The notes under the pieces: model-generated | Seen by the model: the letters and a program-made list of their open reading frames with translations, nothing else | Databases searched by the model: none | What the model was told of the DNA's origin: nothing | DNA from: an uncultured Desulfospira sp. | Lineage (GTDB): Bacteria > Desulfobacterota > Desulfobacteria > Desulfobacterales > Desulfobacteraceae | NCBI GenBank assembly: GCA_963663165.1 | Contig: OY760175.1 | Coordinates: 2,688,001-2,752,000 of the forward strand | Length of the DNA stretch: 64,000 nucleotides | Direction: 5' to 3' | Program-made: the position numbers and the translations under genes | Part shown: piece after piece, positions 9,310-19,803 of the stretch | Numbering within the stretch: the first letter of the stretch is position 1 | How the letters are laid out: the number at the start of each line of letters is the position of its first letter

Positions 9310-10389
9310 ATGTTTTATGAGTTCATATATCCCTTTCATGACCAGTTCAGTTTTCTGAATATCTTCCGGTATATCACCTTCAGGACCATCTACGGCGGGC
9401 TGACGGCGTTTATCATCTGCCTGATTTTAGGCCCCTTTGCCATCCGGCTGCTGTCCACCATGCAGATCGGCCAGATCATCCAGACCGACGGCCCCCAGAC
9501 CCACCTGGAAAAACAGGGTACCCCCACCATGGGCGGAATACTGATCCTGTTTTCCGTTCTGGCCTCCACTTTTTTATGGGGGAATCTATCCAACCATTAC
9601 GTGGGCATCCTGATCCTGACCACCATCCTGTTCGGGGCCATCGGATTCATTGACGACTACCTGATGCAGGTCAAAAAAAGAAACATGGGGTTTACCGCCC
9701 GGGGCAAATTCACCCTTCAGGTAGGCTTCAGCCTGGTGATTGCCTGGCTGATCTACCAGTGCCCGGATTTTAACACCACCCTGACCATCCCGTTTTTCAA
9801 AAATTTCTCTCCGGAGCTGGGGATCTGGTATATCCCCTTTGCCTGCCTGGTCATTGTGGGAACCTCCAATGCCGTTAACCTCACCGACGGGCTGGATGGC
9901 CTGGCCATCGGCCCCTTTATCGTGGCGTCGGTCACCTATATGCTGTTTGCCTATGTGGCCGGCCACAACCAGTTTGCCGATTACCTTCATATCCGGCACA
10001 TTACCTCGGCCGGGGAAGTCTGCGTGATCTGCGGGGTCCTGGCCGGGGCCGGCATGGGGTTTCTGTGGTTTAACGCCCACCCGGCCCAGGTGTTTATGGG
10101 GGATTCGGGCTCCCTTCCCCTGGGCGCCATTTTAGGAACCATTGCCATTGTGACCAAGCAGGAAATTCTGCTTTTGATCGTCGGGGGACTGTTTGTGATC
10201 GAAGCCCTGTCCGTGATCATCCAGGTCTCCTATTTTAAACTGACCAAGGGGAAACGCATCTTCCGGATGGCCCCCCTGCACCATCATTTTGAACTCAAAG
10301 GCTGGCACGAATCCAAGGTCATTGTCCGGTTCTGGATCATTTCCATTACCCTGGCGTTAATCTCCCTGAGTACCCTGAAAATAAGATGA
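9310..10389 (+). CDS. mraY: Phospho-N-acetylmuramoyl-pentapeptide transferase
   Basis: KQGTPTMGG, NAVNLTDGLDG, FMGD, APLHHHFE; ATG at 9310. Confidence 0.96.
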   Translation: MFYEFIYPFHDQFSFLNIFRYITFRTIYGGLTAFIICLILGPFAIRLLSTMQIGQIIQTDGPQTHLEKQGTPTMGGILILFSVLASTFLWGNLSNHYVGILILTTILFGAIGFIDDYLMQVKKRNMGFTARGKFTLQVGFSLVIAWLIYQCPDFNTTLTIPFFKNFSPELGIWYIPFACLVIVGTSNAVNLTDGLDGLAIGPFIVASVTYMLFAYVAGHNQFADYLHIRHITSAGEVCVICGVLAGAGMGFLWFNAHPAQVFMGDSGSLPLGAILGTIAIVTKQEILLLIVGGLFVIEALSVIIQVSYFKLTKGKRIFRMAPLHHHFELKGWHESKVIVRFWIISITLALISLSTLKIR

Positions 10390-11771
10390 AGAACAAATCA
10401 CAGGCATATTATTTAATTGTCGGCATGGGCCGTTCCGGCCTGTCCATGGCAAAATTTCTTCATTCCAAAGGGGAAGCGGTAAAGGCCACGGATATTGATC
10501 CTTCTAAAACCCTTGCCCAGACCGAACTTGACCGCCTTGGCATTGACACCCAGGTGGGGTTCCATGACCAGGCCTTTTTTGATAAAGCCCATACCTTAGT
10601 GGTCAGCCCGGGCATCCCGCTGACCGTTTCTTTTATTCAAAATGCCCAAAAAAAAGGCGTAAAGGTCACGGGCGAGCTGGATATTTTCAGCCAATACAAC
10701 ACCACCCCGGTGATTGCCGTGACCGGCACCAACGGAAAGACCACCACCACCACCCTGATCCGGGACATCATGGCCCAAAGCGGGCTTAAGGTCTTTACCG
10801 GCGGCAACATCGGCACCCCCCTGATGGCGTACCTGCTGTCCGGTGATCCCTGTGACGTGGTGGTGGCTGAAATTTCGAGTTTTCAGCTGGACCTGTCCCA
10901 GAACTTTCATCCTGATGTGGCGGTGCTGCTCAACATCACCGACGACCATCTGGACCGGTATGAGGATTTCAGGGCCTACGAAGATTCAAAATATTCCATT
11001 TTCAAAAACCAGACACCGGCAGATGCCGCTGTGATCAACCGGGATATGGCCGGATATCCGGAAAAAAAGAGCACCATACCATCTACCATTTATGAATTTT
11101 CCGCCCAGTCCCAGGTGGCATCAGGGGCCGCCATCCATGAAAATGCGGTCACCCTTTCAATGCCCCAGATCTCAAATCCGGATGAAAGCCAAATCCCCTG
11201 CGGGCACTTCACAGGCCTGCAAGGGGGCCACAACCGGGAAAACCTGGCCGCAGCGGCCATAGCCTGCCTCTGTGCCGGGGCCTGCGTTTCCGGCCTGATC
11301 CGGGCCCTGGAGAATTTCAAAGGGCTTTCCCACAGAATTGCCTTTGTCCGGGAACTGGATCAGATCAAGTTTTATAACGATTCCAAAGCCACCAACACCG
11401 ACGCCGTGGTCCGGGCCGTTCAGGCCCTGTCTGAAGGCATGGATGGCAAAAAGATCATCCTCATCCTGGGCGGCCGGGAAAAGGGGCTTGATTTTGCCCC
11501 CCTGGTTCCCGTGGTCCGGGACCGGGTCAAGCTGATCCTGGCCATTGGTGAGGCCTCTGCTCATGTCACAGAAGACTTTCAGTCCCTTTGCCCGGTTCTG
11601 ACCCCACAGGACATGGCCCAGGCGGTCCAATCCGCCCGCAGCGCCGGGGAGCCCGGGGACATTGTGCTCCTTTCCCCGGCCTGTGCCAGCTTTGACATGT
11701 ACGAAAACTATGAAGCCCGGGGCCGTGATTTTACCGAGCAGGTCAACCAGCTGGAGGCCATCCATGCATAA
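10386..11771 (+). CDS. murD: UDP-MurNAc-L-Ala:D-Glu ligase
   Basis: GTNGKTT, EISSFQL, NDSKATN, LSPACASFD. Confidence 0.96.
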   Translation: MKNKSQAYYLIVGMGRSGLSMAKFLHSKGEAVKATDIDPSKTLAQTELDRLGIDTQVGFHDQAFFDKAHTLVVSPGIPLTVSFIQNAQKKGVKVTGELDIFSQYNTTPVIAVTGTNGKTTTTTLIRDIMAQSGLKVFTGGNIGTPLMAYLLSGDPCDVVVAEISSFQLDLSQNFHPDVAVLLNITDDHLDRYEDFRAYEDSKYSIFKNQTPADAAVINRDMAGYPEKKSTIPSTIYEFSAQSQVASGAAIHENAVTLSMPQISNPDESQIPCGHFTGLQGGHNRENLAAAAIACLCAGACVSGLIRALENFKGLSHRIAFVRELDQIKFYNDSKATNTDAVVRAVQALSEGMDGKKIILILGGREKGLDFAPLVPVVRDRVKLILAIGEASAHVTEDFQSLCPVLTPQDMAQAVQSARSAGEPGDIVLLSPACASFDMYENYEARGRDFTEQVNQLEAIHA

Positions 11772-11851
11772 CCTGAAGCATTCTAGTTTCCAGCCCCCGG
11801 TCTTCGCATTTTTGTTTCTTGTTTCCAGTTTCCGGTTTCTTGGGGGTTGCC

Positions 11852-12970
11852 ATGCATAATATCGCAGCCACCCACCCGGTGTTAAGCGAGAAAGGGCTCC
11901 TCTTTCCGGTGCTGCTGCTGTGCGGCATCGGCATTACCATGGTCTGTTCCGCCTCCTGCGCCATCAGCCTGGAGACCCACAACACCCTTTACTACTATAT
12001 GCAGCGACAGGCTGTCTTTTTTGCCCTCAGTTTAGGGGTAATGTTCACGGCCGCCTCCCTGCCCTTCAGGCTGTACAAGAGCCTTGCCTGGATCATTCTG
12101 CTGTCTTCCATTCTGTTGCTGATTCTGGTTCTGGTGCCGGCATTAAGGGTCAAGGCCGGCGGCGCCTGCCGGTGGCTGAACCTGTTCGGGTTCACCTTTC
12201 AGCCGGCTGAATTTGCAAAACTGGCCCTGATCATCTTCATGGCCTATTCCCTTTCCAAGAAACAGCCGGCCATCCACGACTTTTCCATTGGGTTTGTCCC
12301 CCATTTTATGATTTATCTGCTGTTTGCAGGGCTGATCCTGCTTCAGCCGGACTTTGGCACCATCGTGGTCATGGGAATGATCTGCTGGGGCATGATGTTT
12401 GTGGCCGGGGTAAAGATCCTTCACCTGTTAAGCCCCCTGCCCCTGCTCATCCCGGCCGTCTATTTCCTGGTGTTTAAGGTGGACTACAGGCTCCAGCGGA
12501 TCATGACCTTTATGAACGCCTGGGATGACCCCTACAACACGGGCTACCAGATTACCCAGTCCCTTAAGGCCTTTGGGGCCGGGGGGCTGACCGGAAGGGG
12601 GTTAGGGCTGGGCATCCAGAAAATGCACTATCTGCCCGAACCCCACACGGATTTTATCCTTTCCATTATCGGAGAGGAGCTGGGGTTTTTCGGGGTGGTA
12701 TTTATCCTGGTCCTTTACGCGGTCATCCTGATCAAGGGCAGTAAAATTGCCAGAAATTCCCAAGACATGTTCGGCGCTGTGGCCGCCGCCGGCCTGACCA
12801 TTTATCTGGGTATCCAGGTGGTCATCAATGCCGGCGTCACCCTGGGGGTCCTTCCCACCAAAGGGCTGACCCTGCCCTTTATCTCTTACGGGGGGACCTC
12901 ATTGCTCGTGAACATGGCCGGCATCGGCATTTTAATGAATATCGGGGCATCGGTGAGACATGGCAAATAA
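11852..12970 (+). CDS. ftsW: Peptidoglycan glycosyltransferase FtsW
   Basis: FQPAEFAK, QPDFG, LPEPHTDFI, LPFISYGG; probable ATG at 11852. Confidence 0.94.
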   Translation: MHNIAATHPVLSEKGLLFPVLLLCGIGITMVCSASCAISLETHNTLYYYMQRQAVFFALSLGVMFTAASLPFRLYKSLAWIILLSSILLLILVLVPALRVKAGGACRWLNLFGFTFQPAEFAKLALIIFMAYSLSKKQPAIHDFSIGFVPHFMIYLLFAGLILLQPDFGTIVVMGMICWGMMFVAGVKILHLLSPLPLLIPAVYFLVFKVDYRLQRIMTFMNAWDDPYNTGYQITQSLKAFGAGGLTGRGLGLGIQKMHYLPEPHTDFILSIIGEELGFFGVVFILVLYAVILIKGSKIARNSQDMFGAVAAAGLTIYLGIQVVINAGVTLGVLPTKGLTLPFISYGGTSLLVNMAGIGILMNIGASVRHGK

Positions 12971-14051
12971 TCCCAACATTCTCATAGCCGGCGGAAAAAC
13001 AGGCGGCCACCTGTTTCCCGGCATTGCCACGGTCCAGGCCCTGGAATCCATGGCCCCGGGATGCCGGGTCCTGTTTGTGGGAACCAATGCCCCCTTTGAG
13101 GTGGATACCCTGGCCCAATACGGATACTCACACCAGACCATCCTGGCCGCACCGGTCAAGGGCGGCAGCCCTTTTGCCAAAGCCAAGGCCGTGGCCCTGA
13201 GCCTGATTTCCCTTTTTCAGGCCCTGATCCTGCTGCTGCGGGTAAGGCCCGCCTTTGTGCTGGGCGTAGGCGCTTACTCCTCTTTTACCCTGGTCCTGGC
13301 AGCCTGGATACTGCGGATCCCGAGGGCCCTGCAGGAGCAGAACACCATCCCCGGCATTACCAACCGGCTGTTGTCACGGTTTGTTCCCGTGGTCTTTACG
13401 GCCTTTGAAACCACCCGGTATATCCCTGAAGCCAAGACCCGGTGGGTGGGCAACCCCATGCGAAAATCCACTCCGGCGGCTTTAACCGATGACCTGCCGG
13501 ATATCCCGGAAAATTGTTTTGTCATCCTGGTCACCGGGGGAAGCCAGGGTGCCGCCAGCATCAACCGGGCGGTTCTGGATATGGCCAAACAGCTGGAGAA
13601 TCAGTCTGATCTGTTTATCATCCACCAGACCGGAACCCTGGATGAAAAAATGGTTGAACAGGCCTATGCCAAACTGAACATCAACGCCCACAGCGCCGCC
13701 TTTTTCCATGACATGCCAAGCCTTCAGGAAAGAGCCGATTTGGTCATTGCAAGGTCCGGGGCCGGCACCATTTCAGAGTTGGCCGTCAAAGGGTGCCCGG
13801 CCATCTTCATTCCCTTTCCCCATGCCGCCGACGACCACCAGACCTTTAATGCCGTGGATTTAGAAAAAAAAGGGGCGGCCCTGGTGACGGCGGATAAAGA
13901 CCTTTCAGGGGACCGGCTGGCTGGCCTGGTCCTGGACCTTAAAAACCACCCGGAAAAACGTTCGGCCATGTCAACAGCCATGAAACAAACCGCCATGCCC
14001 CAAGCGGCCCAGACCATTGCCGCCTATATTTTAGAGGAGATCAAAGGATAA
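12960..14051 (+). CDS. murG: Lipid I GlcNAc transferase MurG
   Basis: GGKTGGHLFP, EQN, GGSQGA, RSGA, DHQ. Confidence 0.96.
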   Translation: MANNPNILIAGGKTGGHLFPGIATVQALESMAPGCRVLFVGTNAPFEVDTLAQYGYSHQTILAAPVKGGSPFAKAKAVALSLISLFQALILLLRVRPAFVLGVGAYSSFTLVLAAWILRIPRALQEQNTIPGITNRLLSRFVPVVFTAFETTRYIPEAKTRWVGNPMRKSTPAALTDDLPDIPENCFVILVTGGSQGAASINRAVLDMAKQLENQSDLFIIHQTGTLDEKMVEQAYAKLNINAHSAAFFHDMPSLQERADLVIARSGAGTISELAVKGCPAIFIPFPHAADDHQTFNAVDLEKKGAALVTADKDLSGDRLAGLVLDLKNHPEKRSAMSTAMKQTAMPQAAQTIAAYILEEIKG

Positions 14052-14055
14052 CTTA

Positions 14056-15423
14056 ATGTATCAGCACGACTACCATATTCATTTTGTCGGCATCGGCGGC
14101 ATCGGCATGAGCGGCATTGCCGAGCTTCTGTTAAACCTGGGATACCAGGTGTCAGGCTCGGATTTAAAGCTGTCCCACATCACCGAACGCCTCACCCGGA
14201 AAGGGGCAAAAATTTTCAAAGGCCATGCCAAAGACCAGGTAAAGGGGGCCAACGTGGTGGTGACCTCTTCGGCCATTTCCGGCAAAAACCCGGAGGTCAT
14301 CCGGGCAAAGGAGCTTTCCATCCCCATTATCCCCAGGGCTGAGATGCTGGCTGAGCTCATGCGCATCAAATACTCCATTGCCGTATCCGGGGCCCATGGC
14401 AAGACCTCCACCACCTCCATGATCTCCCAGATCCTCAACACCGCAGGCCTTGACCCCACCGTGATCGTGGGTGGGCTGCTCCAGGGCCTTGACACCAATG
14501 CCCTGCACGGCAAAGGCGAGTTTATCGTGGCCGAGGCCGATGAGAGCGACGGATCGTTTTTGAAATATGCCCCGGCCATTGCCGCGGTCACCAATATCGA
14601 TCTGGAACATCTTGATTTTTATAAAGACATTGAAGATATCAAGGACAAATTTGTCCAGTTCATCAACTCGGTCCCCTTTTACGGCTTGGCGGTTCTCTGC
14701 CTGGACAATCCCCATATTCAGGATATCCTGCCCCGGATCAGGGTGAGATACACCACCTTCGGCATGACGGCCCAGTCCGACCTCAAGGCCCGGGACATAC
14801 AGTTTGAAAACGGCAAAAGCCGCTTCAAAGTCATCAGCCATGACCAGCTGTTGGGGGAAATCAAACTCAATATTGCCGGCCAGCACAATATTTCCAATGC
14901 CCTGGCCGGTATTGCCGTGGCCCTGGAATTAAAAGTTCCCTTTGCCGTCATTAAAGCGGCTTTAGAAGAAATCAAAGGGGTTAAACGGCGCCTGGAAATC
15001 AAGGGAAAGACAAAGGATTTCCTGGTCATGGACGATTACGGCCACCACCCCACGGAGATTGCCGCCACCTTGAATGCGGTCCGGCAAAGTTACCCGGACA
15101 AACGGCTGGTGGTCCTGTTCCAGCCCCACCGGTATACAAGGACCAGAGCCCTGTTTGCCGAATTTACCCGCTCTTTTTACCAATCTGATGTCCTGGTGCT
15201 CTTGCCCATTTATGCGGCCAGTGAACACCCCATTGAAGGGGTCGGCTCAGAACACCTGGCAGAGGGGATCAAGGCCCATGGCCACAAGGACGTCTCCTTT
15301 GCCCCTGATTTTAACCAGGCCTTGTCCATGATCACCCACAAGGCCCAAAAAGGGGATCTGATCCTGACCCTGGGGGCAGGAGATGTGTATACCCTTGGCG
15401 AAAAACTGGTGGAGATATTATAG
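14056..15423 (+). CDS. murC: UDP-MurNAc:L-Ala ligase
   Basis: GIGGIGMSG, GAHGKT, EADESD, DDYGHHP, FQPHRY. Confidence 0.97.
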   Translation: MYQHDYHIHFVGIGGIGMSGIAELLLNLGYQVSGSDLKLSHITERLTRKGAKIFKGHAKDQVKGANVVVTSSAISGKNPEVIRAKELSIPIIPRAEMLAELMRIKYSIAVSGAHGKTSTTSMISQILNTAGLDPTVIVGGLLQGLDTNALHGKGEFIVAEADESDGSFLKYAPAIAAVTNIDLEHLDFYKDIEDIKDKFVQFINSVPFYGLAVLCLDNPHIQDILPRIRVRYTTFGMTAQSDLKARDIQFENGKSRFKVISHDQLLGEIKLNIAGQHNISNALAGIAVALELKVPFAVIKAALEEIKGVKRRLEIKGKTKDFLVMDDYGHHPTEIAATLNAVRQSYPDKRLVVLFQPHRYTRTRALFAEFTRSFYQSDVLVLLPIYAASEHPIEGVGSEHLAEGIKAHGHKDVSFAPDFNQALSMITHKAQKGDLILTLGAGDVYTLGEKLVEIL

Positions 15424-15425
15424 CC

Positions 15426-16334
15426 ATGGAATTAAATGAAAATTATCAGCAATTCAGAGAACAGTTCAGCCTTTTGTCCATGGAGCCCTTGAAAAAATAC
15501 ACCACCTTCAGGGTGGGCGGGCCGGCCGATCTTCTGGCCGTGCCCGGATCGGTTCAGCAGCTTAAAGACCTGCTCAAAGCCGCCAGGCAGCGGCAGATAC
15601 CCGTCACCATCCTGGGGGGCGGCGCCAACACCCTGGTGTCCGATGAGGGGATCAGGGGGCTGGTCCTTGTCCTGAAACGGTTACGGGCCCGGCTTGATGT
15701 GGTTGATGCCCACAAAGTCATGGCCTTTAGCGGCGAATCCCTGGCTGCCGTGGTAAGGTTTTCATCAGATCAGGGACTGTCCGGCCTTGAATTTGCCACC
15801 GGCATCCCCGGCACCATCGGGGGGGCCGTGATAATGAATGCCGGGACAAAAGACAAGTGGATGAGCCATGTGCTGTCGTCCATTGATGTCATGGACCCGG
15901 AATCCCTTGAGGTGGAAACCATTCCGGCCAAAGATCTGCGGTTTGAATATCGAAAGCTTGACCTGCCCGGCAAAATCATCATTTCAGTCATGCTCGACCT
16001 TGTTCCCGGGGATCCTGGGGCCATTAAAGAAAAGATTCAGGCCCACCAGGAACAAAAACGGCTGACCCAGCCCATTGCCGAGGCCAGCGCCGGATGTTTT
16101 TTTAAAAACCCCTCCCCGGACAAGCCCGCCGGCAAGCTCATTGAGGAGGCGGGCCTCAAGGGAATGGAATTAAACGGGGCCAAGGTGTCCGACCTTCACG
16201 CCAACTTTATTGTGAACACAGGGAATGCCTCGTGCAAAGACATTCTGGCATTAAGCGAAAAGGTTAAACAAGCCGTATTTGAAACATTTAACATCACACT
16301 GGAAACAGAAATAAAGGTGACAGGCCATGAGTAA
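15426..16334 (+). CDS. murB: UDP-N-acetylenolpyruvoylglucosamine reductase
   Basis: TTFRVGGPA, GIPGTIGGA..MNAG, SAGCFFKNP, HANFIVN. Confidence 0.95.
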   Translation: MELNENYQQFREQFSLLSMEPLKKYTTFRVGGPADLLAVPGSVQQLKDLLKAARQRQIPVTILGGGANTLVSDEGIRGLVLVLKRLRARLDVVDAHKVMAFSGESLAAVVRFSSDQGLSGLEFATGIPGTIGGAVIMNAGTKDKWMSHVLSSIDVMDPESLEVETIPAKDLRFEYRKLDLPGKIIISVMLDLVPGDPGAIKEKIQAHQEQKRLTQPIAEASAGCFFKNPSPDKPAGKLIEEAGLKGMELNGAKVSDLHANFIVNTGNASCKDILALSEKVKQAVFETFNITLETEIKVTGHE

Positions 16335-17208
16335 AAAAACAACGGCAAACCGGTACCGGCCGGACGAAACTCAAAAAAAGGCAAAGAAAACCTTCCGGAT
16401 CAGGCGGGTATTCAAATCAGTGGCCTTTTTCGGGTTTATTGCCTTAATGAGTATCGGTGCCATCTTTGCCCATGATCTGGTCACCCAGTCCCCGTTTTTT
16501 CTAATCACCCAGGTTAAAATTTCAGGACTTCACCGGGTGTCCAACAGGGAAGTTTTAGATCTGACCCGCTTAAAAAAGGGGGAAAACATTTTCAGCATCA
16601 ATACCCTGAAAATGGAGAACAGCCTTAAAACCCACCCCTGGATTGCCAGTGCCCATGTAAAGCGCTCCTTATGTTCCACCCTCATCATCAAGGTAGATGA
16701 AGAAGTCCCCCTGGCCGTGGTGAACATTGAAAACATGGCCCGGATCATCATTAATGAACAGGGCAGGCCCTTTAAGGAATATAACCCTGAAACCGACCAG
16801 GTGGAGGGGTTGCCGGTGATTTCCGGCATTGACCTGAGCCTGTCCGGAGACGATTATCTGTTCAAGGGGCGCCTGTTTAACGCGGTCATGGATTTTCTGC
16901 ACATCGGTATGGCCGGGTGGCAGGAACCCTTTGTCAATCTGTCCGCTGACAAAAACACGGGAATTGATGTCCATGCCAGGGACATCTACAACGAAAGCGG
17001 GGCCAACCCCGATGCCCTGATCCGCATCAAACTCGGGTTTGACCATTTCCCGGAAAAACTGGACCGGGCCAAACAGATCAGCACCTATATCAGCAAAAAC
17101 TTTCCCGATAAAACCATTTGCAGCATGGACCTGTTTGATATTGAAAAAGTTTTTATCAAAACAAAACTTAAGGATGCTTCTTTTGATTCTTTAGAAAAGG
17201 GGGCTTAA
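16327..17208 (+). CDS. ftsQ: Cell division protein FtsQ/DivIB
   Basis: N-terminal TM, POTRA-like region (HPWIASAHVKR), position before ftsA. Confidence 0.85.
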   Translation: MSKKTTANRYRPDETQKKAKKTFRIRRVFKSVAFFGFIALMSIGAIFAHDLVTQSPFFLITQVKISGLHRVSNREVLDLTRLKKGENIFSINTLKMENSLKTHPWIASAHVKRSLCSTLIIKVDEEVPLAVVNIENMARIIINEQGRPFKEYNPETDQVEGLPVISGIDLSLSGDDYLFKGRLFNAVMDFLHIGMAGWQEPFVNLSADKNTGIDVHARDIYNESGANPDALIRIKLGFDHFPEKLDRAKQISTYISKNFPDKTICSMDLFDIEKVFIKTKLKDASFDSLEKGA

Positions 17209-17209
17209 C

Positions 17210-18439
17210 TTGCAGGGAAACGAAAAAATCATAGTCGGTCTGGACATCGGCACCACCAAAATCTGCGCCGTTGTGGGCGAGATTTTGGGCGAGCAGATCA
17301 ATATCATCGGCATGGGCTCCCACCCGTCCACGGGCCTTCGCAAAGGAACCGTGGTAAACATTGAGTCCACGGTGGATTCCATTAAAAAAGCCGTTGAAGA
17401 GGCCGAACTCATGGCCGGGTGCGATATTTCATCGGTTTATGTGGGGATTGCCGGAAGCCATATCACCGGGTTCAACAAACGGGGCATCATTGCCATCAAG
17501 GGACGTGAAATCACCCAGGCCGATGTGGAACGGGTCATTGATGCGGCCAAGACCGTGGCCATTCCCCCGGACCGTGAAATCCTCCATGTGATCCCCCAGG
17601 AATTTATTGTGGATGAAATGGAATCCATCCAGAACCCGGTTGGCATGACGGCCATCCGCCTGGATGCCAAGGTTCACATTGTCACCGGCGCGGTGTCCTC
17701 GGCCCGGAACATTGTCAAATGCTGCAACAAGGCGGGCCTTGAGGTCTGTGACATTGTTCTGGAGTCTCTGGCCTCGGGCGAGGCGGTGTTAACCCGGGAG
17801 GAAAAAGAGCTGGGGTGTGCCTTGGCCGATCTTGGCGGCGGCACCACGGATCTGGCCCTGTTCAAGGACAACAACGCCAAATTTATCTATGAGCTGACCG
17901 TTGGGGGACATAACCTGACCAACGACATTTCCATCGGCCTTAGAACCCCGCTGCCCGAAGCCGAAAAAATCAAGCTTGAACACGGCACCTGCCTGCCGGG
18001 AACCGCCAAAGCCGGCGGCACCATAGAGGTGCCCGGCATGGGCGGCAGAGAACCCAAGCGGCTGTCCCGGGCCATCCTGGCCGAAATTTTGGAACCCCGG
18101 GTGGAAGAAACCTTTACGTTGCTCAAACAAGAACTCTTTGCCAGGGGATTTGAAAACGCCTTTCCGGCCGGATTCATCCTCACCGGCGGCAGCGTGATGA
18201 TGGAAGGGGTGACGGAAATTGCCGAATCGGTTTTCAACGTTCCGGTCCGGATCGGCCACCCGGACAAGGTGGGCGGATTAAAAGATATTGTTAAAAACCC
18301 GGCGTTTGCCACAGCCGTGGGCCTGGTGATTTACGGGTCCCGGACCGTGGAATGCAGTCTGAATTTAAATGAAGACCGGCGCCAGGGGTTCCAGGCTTTA
18401 ATAAACAGAATGAAACAGTGGTTTAAAGATATTATTTAA
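17210..18439 (+). CDS. ftsA: Cell division protein FtsA
   Basis: GLDIGTTK, DLGGGTT, C-terminal amphipathic helix; TTG start. Confidence 0.96.
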   Translation: MQGNEKIIVGLDIGTTKICAVVGEILGEQINIIGMGSHPSTGLRKGTVVNIESTVDSIKKAVEEAELMAGCDISSVYVGIAGSHITGFNKRGIIAIKGREITQADVERVIDAAKTVAIPPDREILHVIPQEFIVDEMESIQNPVGMTAIRLDAKVHIVTGAVSSARNIVKCCNKAGLEVCDIVLESLASGEAVLTREEKELGCALADLGGGTTDLALFKDNNAKFIYELTVGGHNLTNDISIGLRTPLPEAEKIKLEHGTCLPGTAKAGGTIEVPGMGGREPKRLSRAILAEILEPRVEETFTLLKQELFARGFENAFPAGFILTGGSVMMEGVTEIAESVFNVPVRIGHPDKVGGLKDIVKNPAFATAVGLVIYGSRTVECSLNLNEDRRQGFQALINRMKQWFKDII

Positions 18440-18456
18440 TTTACCAGGAGGTGGAT

Positions 18457-19800
18457 ATGAGTTTTTCCTATGTAGAGACAAATGCTTCGGCAAAGATCAA
18501 GGTCATCGGTGTGGGCGGCGCCGGAGGCAATGCCGTCAACAACATGATCGATGCCAAGCTTCAGGGGGTTAAATTTATCGCGGCCAATACCGATGCCCAG
18601 GCCCTGGAACAGTCCAAGGCCGAAGTCAGGATTCAGCTGGGCCGGGAACTGACCGAAGGCCTGGGCGCCGGTGCCGACCCCAATGTGGGCCGGGAAGCGG
18701 CCCTGGAAAGTATGGATGAAATCAGGGAAGCCTTGGAAGACAGCCACATGGTGTTTATCACGGCCGGATTCGGCGGCGGAACCGGCACAGGCGCCGCCCC
18801 CGTGATTGCGGAGATCTGCAAGGATCTTGGGGTTCTCACCGTGGCCGTGGCCTCAAAACCCTTTTCCTTTGAGGGGAAAAAGCGGGAAAAACAGGCCATG
18901 GAAGGGTTGGAAAAACTCCAGGATATCACCGACACGGTTATCGTCATCCCCAATGACCGGCTCAGGGGAATCGCCCCGAAAGGCGCCCGGATGGTGGACA
19001 TGTTCATCAAGGCCGATGAGATCCTGCACCACTCGGTCAAAGGCATCACCGACCTGATCATGATGCCCGGCCTGGTCAACCTGGACTTTGCCGACGTTAA
19101 AACCACCATGCGGAAGGCCGGCAAGGCCCTTATGGGCATTGGTGTCGCCTCAGGTGAAAACCGGGCCACGGAAGCGGCTGAAAAAGCCATTTCCCATCCG
19201 TTGCTGGAAGATATTTCCATTTCAGGGGCCAAAGGGGTCCTGCTGAACATCACCTCCAGCTCAGACTTGAGCATGGATGAGATGACCGAAGCCTCCGACC
19301 GGATTTACCAGGAAGTCGGTGAGGATGCCGAAATCATCTGGGGCCAGACCTTTGATGAAACCCTGGGCGATGAAATCCGCATCACTGTGATTGCCACCGG
19401 TATCGGGCAGAACGAACCGGAACTGGCCGAGAACATGCACCGGTTTGCCCCGGCCCGGCAGGCCCAGGAAGCCATGGCGGCCCATTCCTATACCGAGGCT
19501 CAGGGGGTTGACGCCGGATATTACGGTGCCCAGGCCGTGTCGGTTCCCCCCTTCCGCCAGGCGACCGGAGCCGTTGCCGGCGCGGCTGCCGTGGCGTCCA
19601 GAGAACCCGTTGTCAGGGGAAAACTCAGGGACCCGAGCCCGGATGAACTGCAAAACTGGAATGAATACGACAATCCGGTAAGGGTCACCAAAAGAAAAAT
19701 GACGGGCCGGGACAATCCCCCGCCCCACCCTTATTCCAACGCAGCGTTTGACAATGATGATCTTGAGGTGCCCACTTTTTTGAGAAGAAAAGCAGACTGA
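18457..19800 (+). CDS. ftsZ: Cell division protein FtsZ
   Basis: GVGGAGGNAVN, GGGTGTG, NLDFADV, C-terminal LEVPTFLR. ATG 18457 follows AGGAG; GTG 18451 is an alternative start. Confidence 0.97.
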   Translation: MSFSYVETNASAKIKVIGVGGAGGNAVNNMIDAKLQGVKFIAANTDAQALEQSKAEVRIQLGRELTEGLGAGADPNVGREAALESMDEIREALEDSHMVFITAGFGGGTGTGAAPVIAEICKDLGVLTVAVASKPFSFEGKKREKQAMEGLEKLQDITDTVIVIPNDRLRGIAPKGARMVDMFIKADEILHHSVKGITDLIMMPGLVNLDFADVKTTMRKAGKALMGIGVASGENRATEAAEKAISHPLLEDISISGAKGVLLNITSSSDLSMDEMTEASDRIYQEVGEDAEIIWGQTFDETLGDEIRITVIATGIGQNEPELAENMHRFAPARQAQEAMAAHSYTEAQGVDAGYYGAQAVSVPPFRQATGAVAGAAAVASREPVVRGKLRDPSPDELQNWNEYDNPVRVTKRKMTGRDNPPPHPYSNAAFDNDDLEVPTFLRRKAD

Positions 19801-19803
19801 TCC

